Assembly (NCBI GenBank): GCA_002633005.1
Contig: NMRA01000289.1
Coordinates: 220,792-284,791, forward strand
Direction: 5' to 3'
DNA: 64,000 nt
Source: Phoronis australis
Taxonomy: Eukaryota > Animalia > Phoronida
The position numbers were made by a program, and so were the translations under genes. The notes beneath the pieces are model-generated. The model did not search any database. It was not told where the DNA came from and saw only the letters and a program-made list of their open reading frames with translations. Below, in pieces: positions 38,025-50,489 of this stretch. Within the stretch, counting starts at the first letter, position 1, and each line of letters starts with the position of its first letter.

Positions 38025-38643
38025 CATAGTTCTTCCGTTCTACTGTGATGGTGCGAACTACATTGTGTACAAACGTTTCTTCTATTGTGCTGGTCATAAT
38101 ACGCCCAAAATTTACACGTACGACTTGGATAAAAGAGCGCAGTCGACTACCATTTCATTGGATAGCGTCGAAGGAAAACAAGCTGGGTACAGAGATAAAT
38201 GTCGCTACCACTGGGGTGGATACTCCGACATTGACATGGCAAGTGATGAATACGGATTATGGGTAATTTGGGGTGTACAGGCGGAATGGTGTAGATTTGC
38301 CATTAGTAAGATTGATCCTGACACCAAGACCATCATCAAAACATGGTTTGCCCCGCAAGGCATCGAACTAGATCATAGCGACTACGGCAATGCTTTCATG
38401 GTATGTGGTAACATGTACGTCATGAATCATCACCATCATAAGAACACATACATTCGTTGGATCTACTACACCGGAAACTCTTCGTGGGTGGAAATATCGG
38501 GAAGTGACCCCAATCGAATTATTCTTCAAAACAACTGGATCTACAACAATTATTTAAACTACAGTCCACGGGATAACAAATTGTATTCTTGGGAGCATAC
38601 GCGCCATACCCGGTACCTGGCACACTTCAAAGACTGGTCTTAA
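38025..38643 (+). CDS. PAN-OLF copy 1, exon 4 (rest of the olfactomedin domain to stop; spliced protein 385 aa)
   Basis: TTTACAG|C. OLF motifs LPFYCDGANYIVYKRFFY, YTYDL, YHWGGYSDIDMASDEYGLWVIW, SKIDP, NAFMVCGNMY, LNYSPRDNKLYSW. 294+52+193+619 = 1158 nt, in frame. Confidence 0.92.
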
Positions 38644-38833
38644 GAGAATCGAGGAGACACAGATTTAGGTTGAGACTGTTTAAATGTAATATCATATTTT
38701 GCGCCATGAAAAAATGACTACGAAGGCCATTTTTCAATGTTTTTAATGTTATCAAAATATTAATGTGACTAACATAAAAGGCGGGTTTATTGCCACACGT
38801 AATAGGCAATACTTGATGTGTCTGCGACCTAGA

Positions 38834-38839
38834 AATAAA
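38834..38839 (+). terminator. Candidate polyadenylation signal of PAN-OLF copy 1
   Basis: AATAAA about 190 nt after the stop, just past the end of the 3'UTR segment shared with copy 3. Confidence 0.5.
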
Positions 38840-40878
38840 ATTAGCAAACTAATTTTTACATATGTGAGACTTTAATTGTTGCGTGCGCTCTTGGTGTTCT
38901 TGATAATTTGCAGGATTACATAATGATGCGTGCTCCACATATTCAATTCACTCCCGAAATCAACACCGGGTGTAAACCGATTTTCTGATATGACGTAGTG
39001 TCTAGATACCCTAAGAGATTTTCTGCAGCACTAGTTTGCTAACTCAATGAGTTAGTTATTTTTGTCTCACCCTTGCATTTTGCCCTGTTTAGGACTTTTA
39101 CTTTCAAAAACTAGATCCCCTTATGTTCCCAATCGCGGTAGAATATTGTGTCCATTACCAACCCAAGTCACGACATTTCCGCTTATAGTATTTGACATGC
39201 GATCCCTTTAGCCCATGCTGTATGCAAATAGTTCCATTCACCTGCCCCATAACGCAACTAGGGGCGCGTTCCACAGAGGCAAAACACTCGCCAATAAAGA
39301 TTACGTGATTACGTGCTTGGAACGCATTACGATAGCTCCAGTCGGGAAGACATGTGTGATCATATGAGAGTGTTGCGTCAACGGTACGCAACCCAGGATA
39401 GGATGGGATTGGTGTCGAAAATTATTAACTCTCAATAAACATTGCGAGAGAAATTAAACGGATCAATCCATTTCATGACGAAATGCACAAGCGTTATCTT
39501 TTCTTTCATAGGGCATTGGAACTGCCACAGATCTCCTAGACAAGACAGAAATGAAACTATTTGTCAAAATAGAGCACGAGAATAACTGCGTATTGCCAAT
39601 TTTACCGTTATCTAGTTCTGCCAGAAGCATCAGGACTAGGAATTTTCCTTTTTAGAGAGGATTCATTTTCCTCTTTTTTGGTTCCAATTTGCTCTTTTAC
39701 CATCTTTTTATCATGATTTTGATTTCATGCAAAAATCTTTATATCACTTAAATTTGACAGCAAAAATATATTTCTATTTTGTGGGACAGTATGTCACCTG
39801 GAAAAGTTTCCTCTTTTTTGTCATCGATCATTCCAAGCTCAGGAGCATGCATATCACTGGAACAATAAAAAATATGTTCATGCAATGAGTTTTCTCTTTA
39901 TTGGGTTTTGTGTACTGACTGATCACACCCGCATTACCGAACAAGATATATAACTTTTTCTGTTGTTCTGAAGAGAATCCTCCTCGATACAAAGAAAGTA
40001 CATTCATAACTTTTTCTGATGTAATGCCCCACAAGACGCTCAGTCCACTAAACACAGATGAGCATGAGTGTCAGTGCAGATCTTTCAGAGGAACCTTCAA
40101 AACTTTCCCTATAGGTGCGCGCAACGTCCGTCGCGTAAGGACGGTATGGTCTCGTTCATCGCCGACGTTTATGTTCATGAGGTAAAAACACCCGAACGAA
40201 GGCAGCTTTCACCTTTGACACAGAACATGTAGTAGGCGACTAATAATTTCTCTTACACGCAATTGTTTATTGACCTGAAGTCTGCCACATATATACACAT
40301 TCACATCTACATACACATACACTTACACCTATACATACCACTATAATTTGGCTGTAATCTTTCTCGGATACATATTTCGTTGAAAACACGACTTTGATCT
40401 GTTTTTACGAGTTTAATATCAGTTCTTTCAAAGTCGTGTCTTCAATGAAATATGTATACATATACATATACATATATACACACATGCATGTAGCACTCAC
40501 AATGAATTATTTATGCATATATAAACATATACATATCAGCACACATACATGTAGCACTCATAATCAAATCATGACCAACATCTGCACACTACGTGCGACT
40601 TTGAATTTTGTCCTGCGTGCACGACCGCACGGGCATATAATTTTAACCGATTACCCTAGGTCTCGTAACTGAATGGGTATGTCCATCTTAGTGCTATCTC
40701 ATTTAGTTATAACTTGGCTATTTTCTCAAGAACTATTATTGCCTTACTTGATCAACAATAAAACACACAACTAGGATTCCATCTATTTATTGGCTCCTAT
40801 TTTCGATATAATCAAACGGAACAAAGGTCTAAATTATTTCAATAACTAATCCCCTTGTTGTTAACTTGGAACTGGGCC

Positions 40879-41889
40879 ATGGTTTCTGCTGCGGTCTTCG
40901 GGATTTTTTGGTTATGATCTATCAGTCCGTTTGCAATGCTTACACCCAGAACGAAGAATGTACTTAAGACGTTGCCAAAACAGAAGATGTCTTCTCTAAA
41001 CACCAAGTAAAGAACATTCAGACGTGTCAGAAACTGTGTGACGACAACCCCGACTGTGCTGGATTTAATTATGAAGTTCGCAAGAAGAAAAGTGCGTGCT
41101 TAATTCAGATGTGGTTGGTGACAGCGGAACGAGACTTTCTTATAAACCGTATTACAGTTACATGGAAAAAGGTATTCAATAGTGATGTATTTAACTGTTA
41201 ACTCTAGATTTTTCTGATTACTTAGTAACTTGAGTTCATCGATTAAGTGAGGATGATATATTCAACACTCTTGATAACTCCAGCAATTACATAAGACAAT
41301 AAAGGTGACGCCACCCTGCGTTGCGAATGAAGGACGCCTCCATGTTTCCATTTATTTGCATCTGGAATACAAGAAAGGAGTAACCGTATTTCGTACGACA
41401 GAAAAAATAGTGCAGTCGTAGGTATTCAAATTAGTTTTAAGTCAAGACTTGACAAATTGAACAGTAAATTTTGAGACAATGATATTGATTTCTAATTTAT
41501 AGTAAGAAGAAAATGCCACAAAGTTCGAGACAACGCCTTACAACGAATTTCAGGGTATAGGAAAGTATATTTACGTCACCGTAGTACATGTACCTGAACA
41601 CATGATGAATGAATGCTAACATAGCGAATACGGCAATGCCTTCATGGTATGTGGTAACATGTACGTCATGAATCATCACCACCATCAGAACACATACATT
41701 CGCTGGATCTACTACACCGGAAACTCTTCGTGGGTGGAAATATCCGGAAATGACCCCAATCGAATTATTATTCAAAACAACTGGATCTACAACAGTTACT
41801 TAAACTGCAGCCCACGGGATAACAAATTGTAATCCAGGGAGCATTCGTGCCACACCCGTTACCTGGCACACTCCAAAGACTGGTCCTAA
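40879..41889 (+). pseudogene. PAN-OLF pseudogene (copy 2): exon 1, exon 2 and only the 3' part of exon 4
   Basis: Exon 1 (40879..41171) has a 1-nt deletion in the T-run near 40905, TAA at 40965..40967 and a 1-nt deletion in the RKKKK codons. Exon 2 (41503..41554) begins with TAA. Sequence then jumps to ..YGNAFMVCG.. at about 41620, with a premature TAA at 41830..41832. Exon 3 is absent. Confidence 0.9.
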
Positions 41890-43333
41890 ACTGGTCTTTG
41901 TTCGGGAGATTTAAGAGAGGTGTTACGACGAACTGGTGAATTGTTATGGGAATGTGAGAACGCCGATCGGGTGTAACTGACAGTGTTAGAACACATGCTC
42001 TTGTTGCCAACCACGGGTTGTTAGTCTTGATTCAGTATTCAGATGGCGTGTGGCTGTCAGTGAGATCATTATGGAAGCAAAGAAATCAGACCGTGTAACA
42101 TCTTTGGACTATAGCCACCGCCTGCGTGTGCTCGCCACCCCCACCCCTTTCTTGAGACATCCTAAGCCTAAACATTCGTCACAAAGTACCGACAGACAAA
42201 GCATATTTTTCCACCAAAAGTCATTTATTGGGTGGATTGAGTGCGTGGATCCGTTTTTGCTCGGATTACTTGGACGGTGAGTACACCCAACTTGTAACGA
42301 TGTTGGGTTTAGATCGATTTATGTCGCTTAGTTGACCCAAGCACAGAAGCAAGCCAGTTGCTCAGCGTTCAGCTATTCATCATATTATTCGGATATCGGA
42401 ACATTGGTGAAGTTGCTCTTTTTTCAATAATAAGTAGTTTACCTTGGCATTGTAGAACATTTGCAGTCAGGTTAATTAAAAATATGTTTAAAGGTTTGCG
42501 CAACTTGGCAATAAGCCTTAACGTGATGGCTAACTTAGATTTTGTAGATATTTGGTAAAATGTTGTATAATCTTATTGTAGCTTTCACTAACATTTCATT
42601 ATTATAGACATGCTGAACCGGACTTGTACTTTTAGAATAACCTGCCCCCAATAACTTGCAGCGTGAGAGGGGTGAAACCGATACGGTTTCCGACAACAGG
42701 AGACGGCATTTGTGAAAGTCGCGACGGCTGAGGTCTCATCCTGCGGTCCTAGAGGGATATCGTGGTATTTGTGAAGACTTGGGAGAGGAATTGGAGAATT
42801 CAATACTCAGAGTTTGACAAGATCGAATTTGTCTTTGCCCCAAGTTTAAATATTCAACTTTCGTGACTTGCAAAATGCTCGTATCCAGAGGCGGTACAGG
42901 CTGTCCGCAACTCTTCCTGCTCGGTCACTTGTAACAGAGAATATGAAATGTCAATTATCTGGTAACCGCAATCCTCAATTTACGACTGTGAATTGATCAC
43001 CACTAGAGTGGTTGCGTTTCATTGTATTTATAATTTCCTGGCTTTCAGTCCATTGTATACAGCACATTACACTCATTCAAATTTCTTCAAGAGGCCACAG
43101 TTGTTTTGCACGAACATTAATATATCCAGTGACTTAATCTGAATGGCATTGTCTTTACAGCGCATGAGCTTTTCAAATACAGTGATGATATGGCATACGC
43201 CTAACTTTTGTTTTCAACTAAGCCCATATACAGGGAATGAATACAACTAAAATGCCACTAATCTTCGACATTGATATGAAAAGAGTCGGAACCGTTAATC
43301 GATATCAACAAGGCGACCTTTCTAAATCATCAT

Positions 43334-43464
43334 ATCGTGACAAGGGCATTTGAGTTTGCCAGAGCACTAATGAATGAATCTGGCAAATTCAATGTGAGGT
43401 AACATTGAAGTTGCCACATCCATGCATTAGTGCTGAGGAAAAACTCAAATGCCCTTGTCACGAT
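43334..43464. repeat. 131-bp near-perfect palindrome (fold-back MITE)
   Basis: Perfect 24-bp IR ATCGTGACAAGGGCATTTGAGTTT / AAACTCAAATGCCCTTGTCACGAT. Inner stems are AGCACTAATG/CATTAGTGCT and TGGCAA.TTCAATGT/ACATTGAA.TTGCCA. Confidence 0.85.
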
Positions 43465-44046
43465 CACATCACTTCAGTACATACGTACTAAACTTTGATC
43501 TTGCACCCCATTCTTAATTGTCAATAACAATCCTTGAGATGTTGTTCAAAACAATGTTGAAATGTTGCATCGCAGCCAACTCCCTGCTCAACCCACACAT
43601 GTCCAAAACCAGATCTGAAAAGTAACATTTTAATAGACGACGTAAAGGTTGTTCTTGCAACAATTTCTAAAAAAACGACAAGACATACATAGCTTTAGGA
43701 AATCGTGCACTGTGTATTTGGAAAATTTTAGAAAGCGTATACCGCATTCTCCCAAAGCAGCGTGATTATTAGTTGTTCTAACAACATGTAACAAACACAT
43801 TCTACCAAGTTGTATGCATACAAAAGATTATCGATTTCCGGGACGTTTTCATTTACAAAAATAGCACGGTTGTCATCTTCATCCAAGTAAGTTAAAAATC
43901 CTTAATGTGCAAAGTATAAGTGGACAGAGCATGCAGCCTTGTCTGTTCCCTATATTATTTGCGTATTATTCAGTCAGACACTCCCTTTTTCGCAGACAAG
44001 ATTTCATGTGGTATTACATATTTTTCAATAAAACATTTCCATGAAT

Positions 44047-44116
44047 CATGGGCGACGCAGCACCGAAATAAGTGGGGGCCATAGCCCCTCCAGCCCCCTA
44101 TGGTGCACTGCCTGTG
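44047..44116. mobile_element. Second, diverged copy of the 1856..1929 MITE family (reverse orientation)
   Basis: Aligns to the reverse complement of 1856..1929: CATGGGCG.CGCAG..AAGTGGGG..ATAGC.CC..ATGGTGC.. Confidence 0.6.
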
Positions 44117-44679
44117 AATTGCAATTTTTTGGAGACGTAATCAAAGCGCTTTGTGTGGAATCTTACCAAAAGCCTTTGGAAAATCTACAATATGAGTAAA
44201 GCCTTGCACCACGTGCTTTGCTTAAATATTTCTGGGTAAAACACTGAAAAGTGAAACTCTGATCTACCGTTGATAAACCTTTGGAAAACCGCATAACTTT
44301 CATAAAACAAGGTTTTGGGTTCAGCCCATGACGTTAGACGAGCATTGATAATTTTTGTAAAAAATTACGATAACAGAAATAGAGAAATATGTCAGCAGTA
44401 GTATTCGTTACAGACGCCACCGTATTTAAATAAGGGGCAGATAATTTGCCTCACTCCAGTCTTGATATTTGCCCAGTGTGTAAAATTGTGTCGAATAATC
44501 TTGTCAGAAAATATGCGATACGAAAATATAACCACTGTAAACCAAAACAAAGTATTCTATAGTGATCTTGAGAGCAGTGGATTATAAATCCAGTAAAAGT
44601 GGCCTTTCGCCACAAAAACGACGTTTGGTTTAGCTCACTTACTGATATGAAATTGGACTCAATTTGTTGCTTAATGTTA

Positions 44680-45643
44680 AAAACCGGACGATCGCAGCAC
44701 AAATAAAAAAGTTCATTTTCAATTCAACGTTTCGTCTTTTCATTAGATATCATCAGGATCATATTTACAACAATTTAGGACAACAAGTGCTAACATACAG
44801 CTCAGGTAACATCCATAGAGTGAAGTGAGAGATACATAGAACATAGTCAGTAGCTGGTCATCACCATAGTTACAGGGTCACTGAGCTCTGCATGTTATTC
44901 AAATAATCAGTGGCATGCTGGTTCTGAATGACCAATAACTCTTTAATGTACAGTAACTCCTTACTAGGTTCTCTGCAGATAATACTAACAGAGTTGGCTT
45001 GGTGATTGTAGCTAATACAATGCTATATATGTTACTTTTCTCTGAGGTGTGATGTTCTTTCAACCTGTCACAGAGGCGTCTCTATGTGAGATATAGAATT
45101 CCTTACAGTTGTCACATTCAACCTTATACACAACATTGCTCTTGTTCAATAAAGGGATGTGTGACTTCAGTTTACACAGCATATTGGAAAGTTTCCGAAG
45201 TGGTTTGAAAACAAATATCGGTTCAATTGCTGGGTCTATGCAATGAATAAGGCGAGATAATTGACGTTTCAATTTTATACTAGTTGGCCCGGTGTAATCA
45301 AGACAAAAGAAAACTTTCTTTTTCTCGGGTCCAATAACAGCTACCTTATCTGCCTCATTCATTTTTGAAAGGAAGTGCCTTTTACAGCTATTCAGAAAAT
45401 TCAGAGGGTAACCACTGGCACGCAATAACTGGAAAATCATAGCTACGTCACTATCAAAATTTAAATTGGTGGAGCAGATTCTCCAGGCACGGTGTAACAA
45501 GCAATTGGCTAGACCTCTCTTGTACTGGATTGGCACACAACTATAAAATTTAAGATAAAGCCCAGAAAAACTCGGCTTATCATGATACACATATCTGTGC
45601 GGCGATCGTCCGGTTTTTAATCTTATTGTAGCCAAAAACTGAT
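44680..45643 (-). mobile_element. 5'-truncated Penelope-like retroelement with 13-bp target-site duplication
   Basis: ORF 45060..45635 has the PLE RT-thumb/GIY-YIG pattern (KPSFSGLYLKF..YKRGL..LLHRAWRICS..KSNVVYKVECDNCKEFYI). TTGCTTAATGTTA is at 44667..44679 and 45644..45656. An inverted 24-bp segment lies at 44677..44700 and 45597..45620. Confidence 0.88.
44722..44760 (-). ncRNA. Minimal hammerhead-ribozyme-like core in the Penelope 3' terminal repeat (probably degenerate)
   Basis: Minus strand reads CTGATGA-TATCT-AATGAAA-AGAC-GAAAC-GTTG, i.e. CUGANGA + stem II + GAAA. PLEs are known to carry such motifs. The closing pair of stem II is mismatched. Confidence 0.55.
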
Positions 45644-48157
45644 TTGCTTAATGTTATTTCTTTCCTTGGAACGCGGGTTTACTGCTGCTTTAAACTTCAA
45701 GCGGTTATGAACCCACTTTCCGTCGCAAAAACGATTTTAGTTTTAGATCATTTATCATTATGAAATTGGTCACGAATCATTAGTCAAGATAGAAATGACT
45801 TCAAGGATTCGAAAGAACTAACTGTTTGCAACTGTTAGGGATCAGGTTATACAAGCTGTGTCGTCACTGCCTGCCCGGCCGAGCATGATCTAAAAAATTA
45901 ACGAACAGACAAAAAATTACTTCTCATCTGAGTAGGGAACAAGTAGAGATCAATTTTACAGCGGTAGGTGATCTAAACCAAAAGCTCTCACCTTGGACAG
46001 AATGTGAGTTCAGAGCCGGTTTAAAAGGTTGTAGAGGCATGGTTATAATTATATTCGGCTGATTTTAGTTTTGTCTTCGTCACTGGCGTGATCACTACAG
46101 TTGATTGAATATAATGTATTTCGTTCCAGCTGCAGTCCAACGATTCCACATCGGACAAAGCGAGGCCGAATGTGTAAATGAAAGCCATAACAAATTGAAC
46201 ACTGACGAGAAGCTGTAACATACTCTGGTACCCGCACCAGATACATAATCTGCAGCCGCATCAACGGAGCATCAGCGAAAGCTGTACCAGTGCAATTATT
46301 GAAATTAAAGATTAGTGCTCAATCAATGTGTTGTGATCAAAGTAGATCTGGGTTCGCTTAAATTTAATTATGGGTGTAAGAACAGCGACCAAGTTCTTAA
46401 TTGATCGATTTCCACAAAAGAGTGCACATTCTTTCGGTTATAATCACGTATTGATATAACGGGATTCAATGGGTTTCAATTAAGCACAACAATATTCTCT
46501 TAGGTCTCATTGTTAAGACGGTTGCACAACGATCAATAGCCTACACGTTTATCCGTCCCGGGGGTAATTCACTGTATGAAATGGAGAAGGCAGCTAACTT
46601 GTCACTTTAGGGTCAATTTGTGCAAGATGAACTTACGCTAAGGTATCATTGGAACCATATATTAAAATAGTGTGATAGGATCTCATTGTCGGCAAAAGAT
46701 CAACCGTGTCATGATTTGTTTCGAATGGAAGCAGTTTGTTCATTATTTATAAAGTTTGCAAATAAATTGACAAGGTGATGAGCCCTTCATCGTAAAGCCG
46801 CTTTTCTGTTTGGTCGAAATAAGATATCTTGAAATGTGCCGAACAAAGTGTGACTCCCGACTGAATAGCATGTTCCACACTGACATTCCACACCCTCGTG
46901 CAGCGCATAAACTGGTGTCATTTCCGTGCAATTTTCTCGTATTTAGGAAATTTGAACACAGAGATGTTCCCAGTCACGTTGCTATTACTACAGCCTCCAC
47001 AAACGCACCTTTTCATATCTCAAAAAGCGTCTCTCCGCGAACTTTCCTCATAACTCCTCAGTATCGCATTGGTAACAACAACAACGGCAGAGACGGTTTC
47101 CACCTATTACGTACAACTACGATAACAGAAAATTATTTTCTCAAATATTTTTTTTTTTTGGCTTGTTCCTTAGAAACAGGTATACTAAAGGATATTAAAT
47201 CTCTTAAGGTGTATTAATAAAACTCCTTTTAAGACACATGGTCACGGTGGGAACTCTTTCAAGAGGCAACGTCGGCGCCAATGAAGCATGAATACAATGC
47301 GCGAAGTTGAACACAATTACAGAAATTTCATATCAAACAACATTTCGTCAGCTGCTCAGAGCCTTTTTAATAAAAATGCTTTGCTTTCTTAACGCGGATT
47401 AGTTTTAGTTTTTTTTTTGCTTTTATTTTCGCAAACTTCTTCCAATGACTCTCGATCTCGCTGTTGATCCAAGTGACATTCATGTCTTCTTTGCTCTAGA
47501 GCAAGCTAACTTCGCGCTGCATGAATGTATTTCTTAAAAATCAAGCATGGAGTCCAATAACACTGTATTTTGGTAATAGCTATTTTCTCCTCAAAAAACT
47601 CCATTATCGGGTTTCAAAGCGTATTTCGCCAATCATAAAAAACACGACTCAGCGAGGAATTCAATTGGTTAATTAATTAAGAACTTTAAATACATTATAA
47701 GCGTTTTAAATGCATGTTTAGCTTTTCTCATGCAAGCATGAAAGTCAACTATATCTGGATGACGTGTCAGGGGGGTTCGGCGGGGGGCTCTAATGAGCCC
47801 CCGATTAGGTGAACTGGGCAAAAATCCTTCAAAAATGTAGAAAACGAGAAAAAAATCCAAGAACTACCAAAACTCGGCCAATGCACAATTCACAGCTCTG
47901 AACGTAACCCGTTAATCTTAGTAAAAGGTCCACATTCTCAAAAAGTCGAGCCCCTAATTTTTCAGCCTGGAAGCGCGCATGAACCGCAGAGTTTGTCGCT
48001 AATTATAAACCACACAAAATCAATTATGCAAAAGTGTCAGTACGTGGGGCCTCAATCGATTTATTTTGGTAAACGTACCAGATAAAATCAACCAAACTTG
48101 GGGACTTCATTATTTCAACAACTATTCCCTTGTCGTTCGTTTTGACTGAAGTTTGCC

Positions 48158-48451
48158 ATGGTTTCTTGGACGATATTCATAGTTCCACTGACCCTGGTTT
48201 CTCAATCTGCGTGTGCCATCTACACAGAGCACGAACTATGTTCTAAAGACGTAGCCATCACAACGGGTGCCATCTCCAAACACCAAGTAACGAACATTCA
48301 GACGTGTCAGAAACTATGTGACGACAACGCTGACTGCGCTGGGTTTAATTATGAAGTGCGTAAAAAGAAAAAGTGCGTGTTAAACTCAGATGTAGTTGGT
48401 GACGATGGAACGCGACTGTCTTATAAACCGTCTTTCACTTACGTAGAGAAG
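48158..48451 (+). CDS. Duplicate exon 1 of PAN-OLF copy 3 (likely allelic/assembly duplicate)
   Basis: Intact 294-nt exon differing from 50196..50489 by one residue (T/I in the signal peptide). It ends 9 nt before the N junction. Confidence 0.55.
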
Positions 48452-50195
48452 GTAACGATANGATTTCCACAAAAGAGTGCACATTCTTTCGGTTACAATC
48501 ACGTATTGATTTAACGGGATTCAATGGGTTTCAATTAAGCACAACAATATTCTCTTAGGTCTCATTGTTAAAACGGTTGCACAACGATCAATAGCCAACA
48601 CGTTTATCCGTCCCGGGGGTGATTCACTGCATGAAATGGAGTAGGCAGTTAACTTGTCACTTTAGGGTCAATTTGTGCAAGATGAACTTACGCTAAGGTA
48701 TTATTGGAACCAAATATTAAAATTGTGTGATAGGATCTCATTGTCGGCAAAAGATCAAACGTGTCATGATTTGTTTCGAATGGAAGTAGTCTGTTCATTA
48801 TTTATAAAATTTGCAAATAAATTTACAAGGTGAAGAGCCCTTCATCGTAAAGCCGCTTTTCTGTTTGGTCGAAACAAGATATCTTGAAATGTGCCGAACA
48901 AAGTATGGCTCCCGACTGAATAGCATGTTCCACACTGACATTCCACACCCTCGTGCGGCGCATAAACTGGTGTCATTTCAGTGCAATTTTCTCGTATTTA
49001 GGAAATTTGAACACAGAGAAGTTCCCAGTCAAGTTGCTATTACTACAGCCTCCACAAACGCACCTTTTCATATCTCAAAAAGCGTCTCTCCGCGAACTTT
49101 CCTCATAACTCCTCAGTATCGCATTGGTAAAAACAACAACGGCAGAGACGGTTTCCACCTATTACATACAACTACGATAACAGAAAATTATTTTCTAAAA
49201 TATTTTTTTTTGGCTTGTTCCTAAGAAACAGGTATACTAAAGGATATTAAATCTCTTAAGGTATATTAATAAAATTCCTTTTAAGACACATGGTCATGGT
49301 GGGAACTCTTTAAAGAGGTAACGTCGGCGACAATGAAGCATGAATACAATGCGCGAAGTTGAACACAATTACAGAAATTTCATATCAAACAACATTTCGT
49401 CAGCTGCTCAGAGCCTTTTTAATAAAAATGCTTTGCTTTCTTAACGCGGATTAGTTTTAGTTTTTTTGCTTTTATTTTCGCAAACTTCTTCCAATGACTC
49501 TCGATCTCGTGGTTGATCCAAGTGACATTCATGTCTTCTTTGCTCTAGAGCAAGCTAACTTCGCGCTGCATGAATGTATTTCTTAAAAATCAAGCATGGA
49601 GTCCAATAACACTGCATTTTGGTAATAGCTATTTTCTCCCCAAAAAACTCCATTATCGGGTTTTCAAAGCGTATTTCGCCAATCACAAAAAACACGACTC
49701 AGCGAGGAATTCAATTGGTTAATTAATTAAGAACTTTAAATACATTATAAGCGTTTTAAATGCATGTTTAGCTTTTCTCATGCAAGCATGAAAGTCAACT
49801 ATATCTGGATGACGTGTCAGGGGGGCTCGGCGGGGGGCTCTAATAAGCCCCCGATTAGGTGAACTGGGCAAAAATCCTTCAAAAATGTAGAAAACGAGAA
49901 AAAAATCCAAGAACTACCAAAATTCGGCCAATGCACAATTCATAGCTCTGAACGTAACCCGTTAATCTTAGTAAAAGATCCACATTCTCAAAAATTCGAG
50001 CGCCTAATTTTTCAGCCTGGAAGCGAGAGTTTGTCGCTAATTATAAATCACACAAAATCAATTATGCAAAAGTGTCAGTACGTGGGGTCTCAATCGATTT
50101 ATTTTGGTAAACGTACCAGATAAAATCAACCAAACTTGGGGACTTCATTATTTCAACAACTATTCCCTTGTCGTTCGTTTTGACTGAAGTTTGCC

Positions 50196-50489
50196 ATGGT
50201 TTCTTGGACAATATTCATAGTTCCACTGATTCTGGTTTCTCAGTCTGCGTGTGCCATCTACACAGAGCACGAACTATGTTCTAAAGACGTAGCCATCACA
50301 ACGGGTGCCATCTCCAAACACCAAGTAACGAACATTCAGACGTGTCAGAAACTATGTGACGACAACGCCGACTGCGCTGGGTTTAATTATGAAGTGCGTA
50401 AAAAGAAAAAGTGCGTGTTAAACTCAGATGTAGTTGGTGACGATGGGACGCGACTGTCTTATAAACCGTCTTTCACTTACGTAGAGAAG
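50196..50489 (+). CDS. PAN-OLF copy 3, exon 1 (signal peptide + PAN)
   Basis: GCCATGG; MVSWTIFIVPLILVSQSACA leader; CQKLCDDNADCAGFNYEVRKKKKCVLNS; donor AAG|GTAACG. Confidence 0.9.

Larger units (their letters stand above)
42600..44450 (-). mobile_element. Highly decayed LINE (CR1/L2/RTE-like) reverse-transcriptase remnant
   Basis: Minus-strand motifs (C)GF..GLSTVDQ (about 44260..44295) and IVDFPKAFGKI (about 44160..44192) match QxGFRxGxSTxD and FVDFxKAFD. Boundaries approximate. Confidence 0.5.

Noticed and set aside
46810-49224. Repeated 135-137 aa ORFs (46810..47217 and 48811..49224) that look like a conserved gene pair
   Set aside because: The similarity comes only from the 2-kb duplication. 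Starts are non-ATG, no domain is recognisable and the 3' ends are frameshifted relative to each other.
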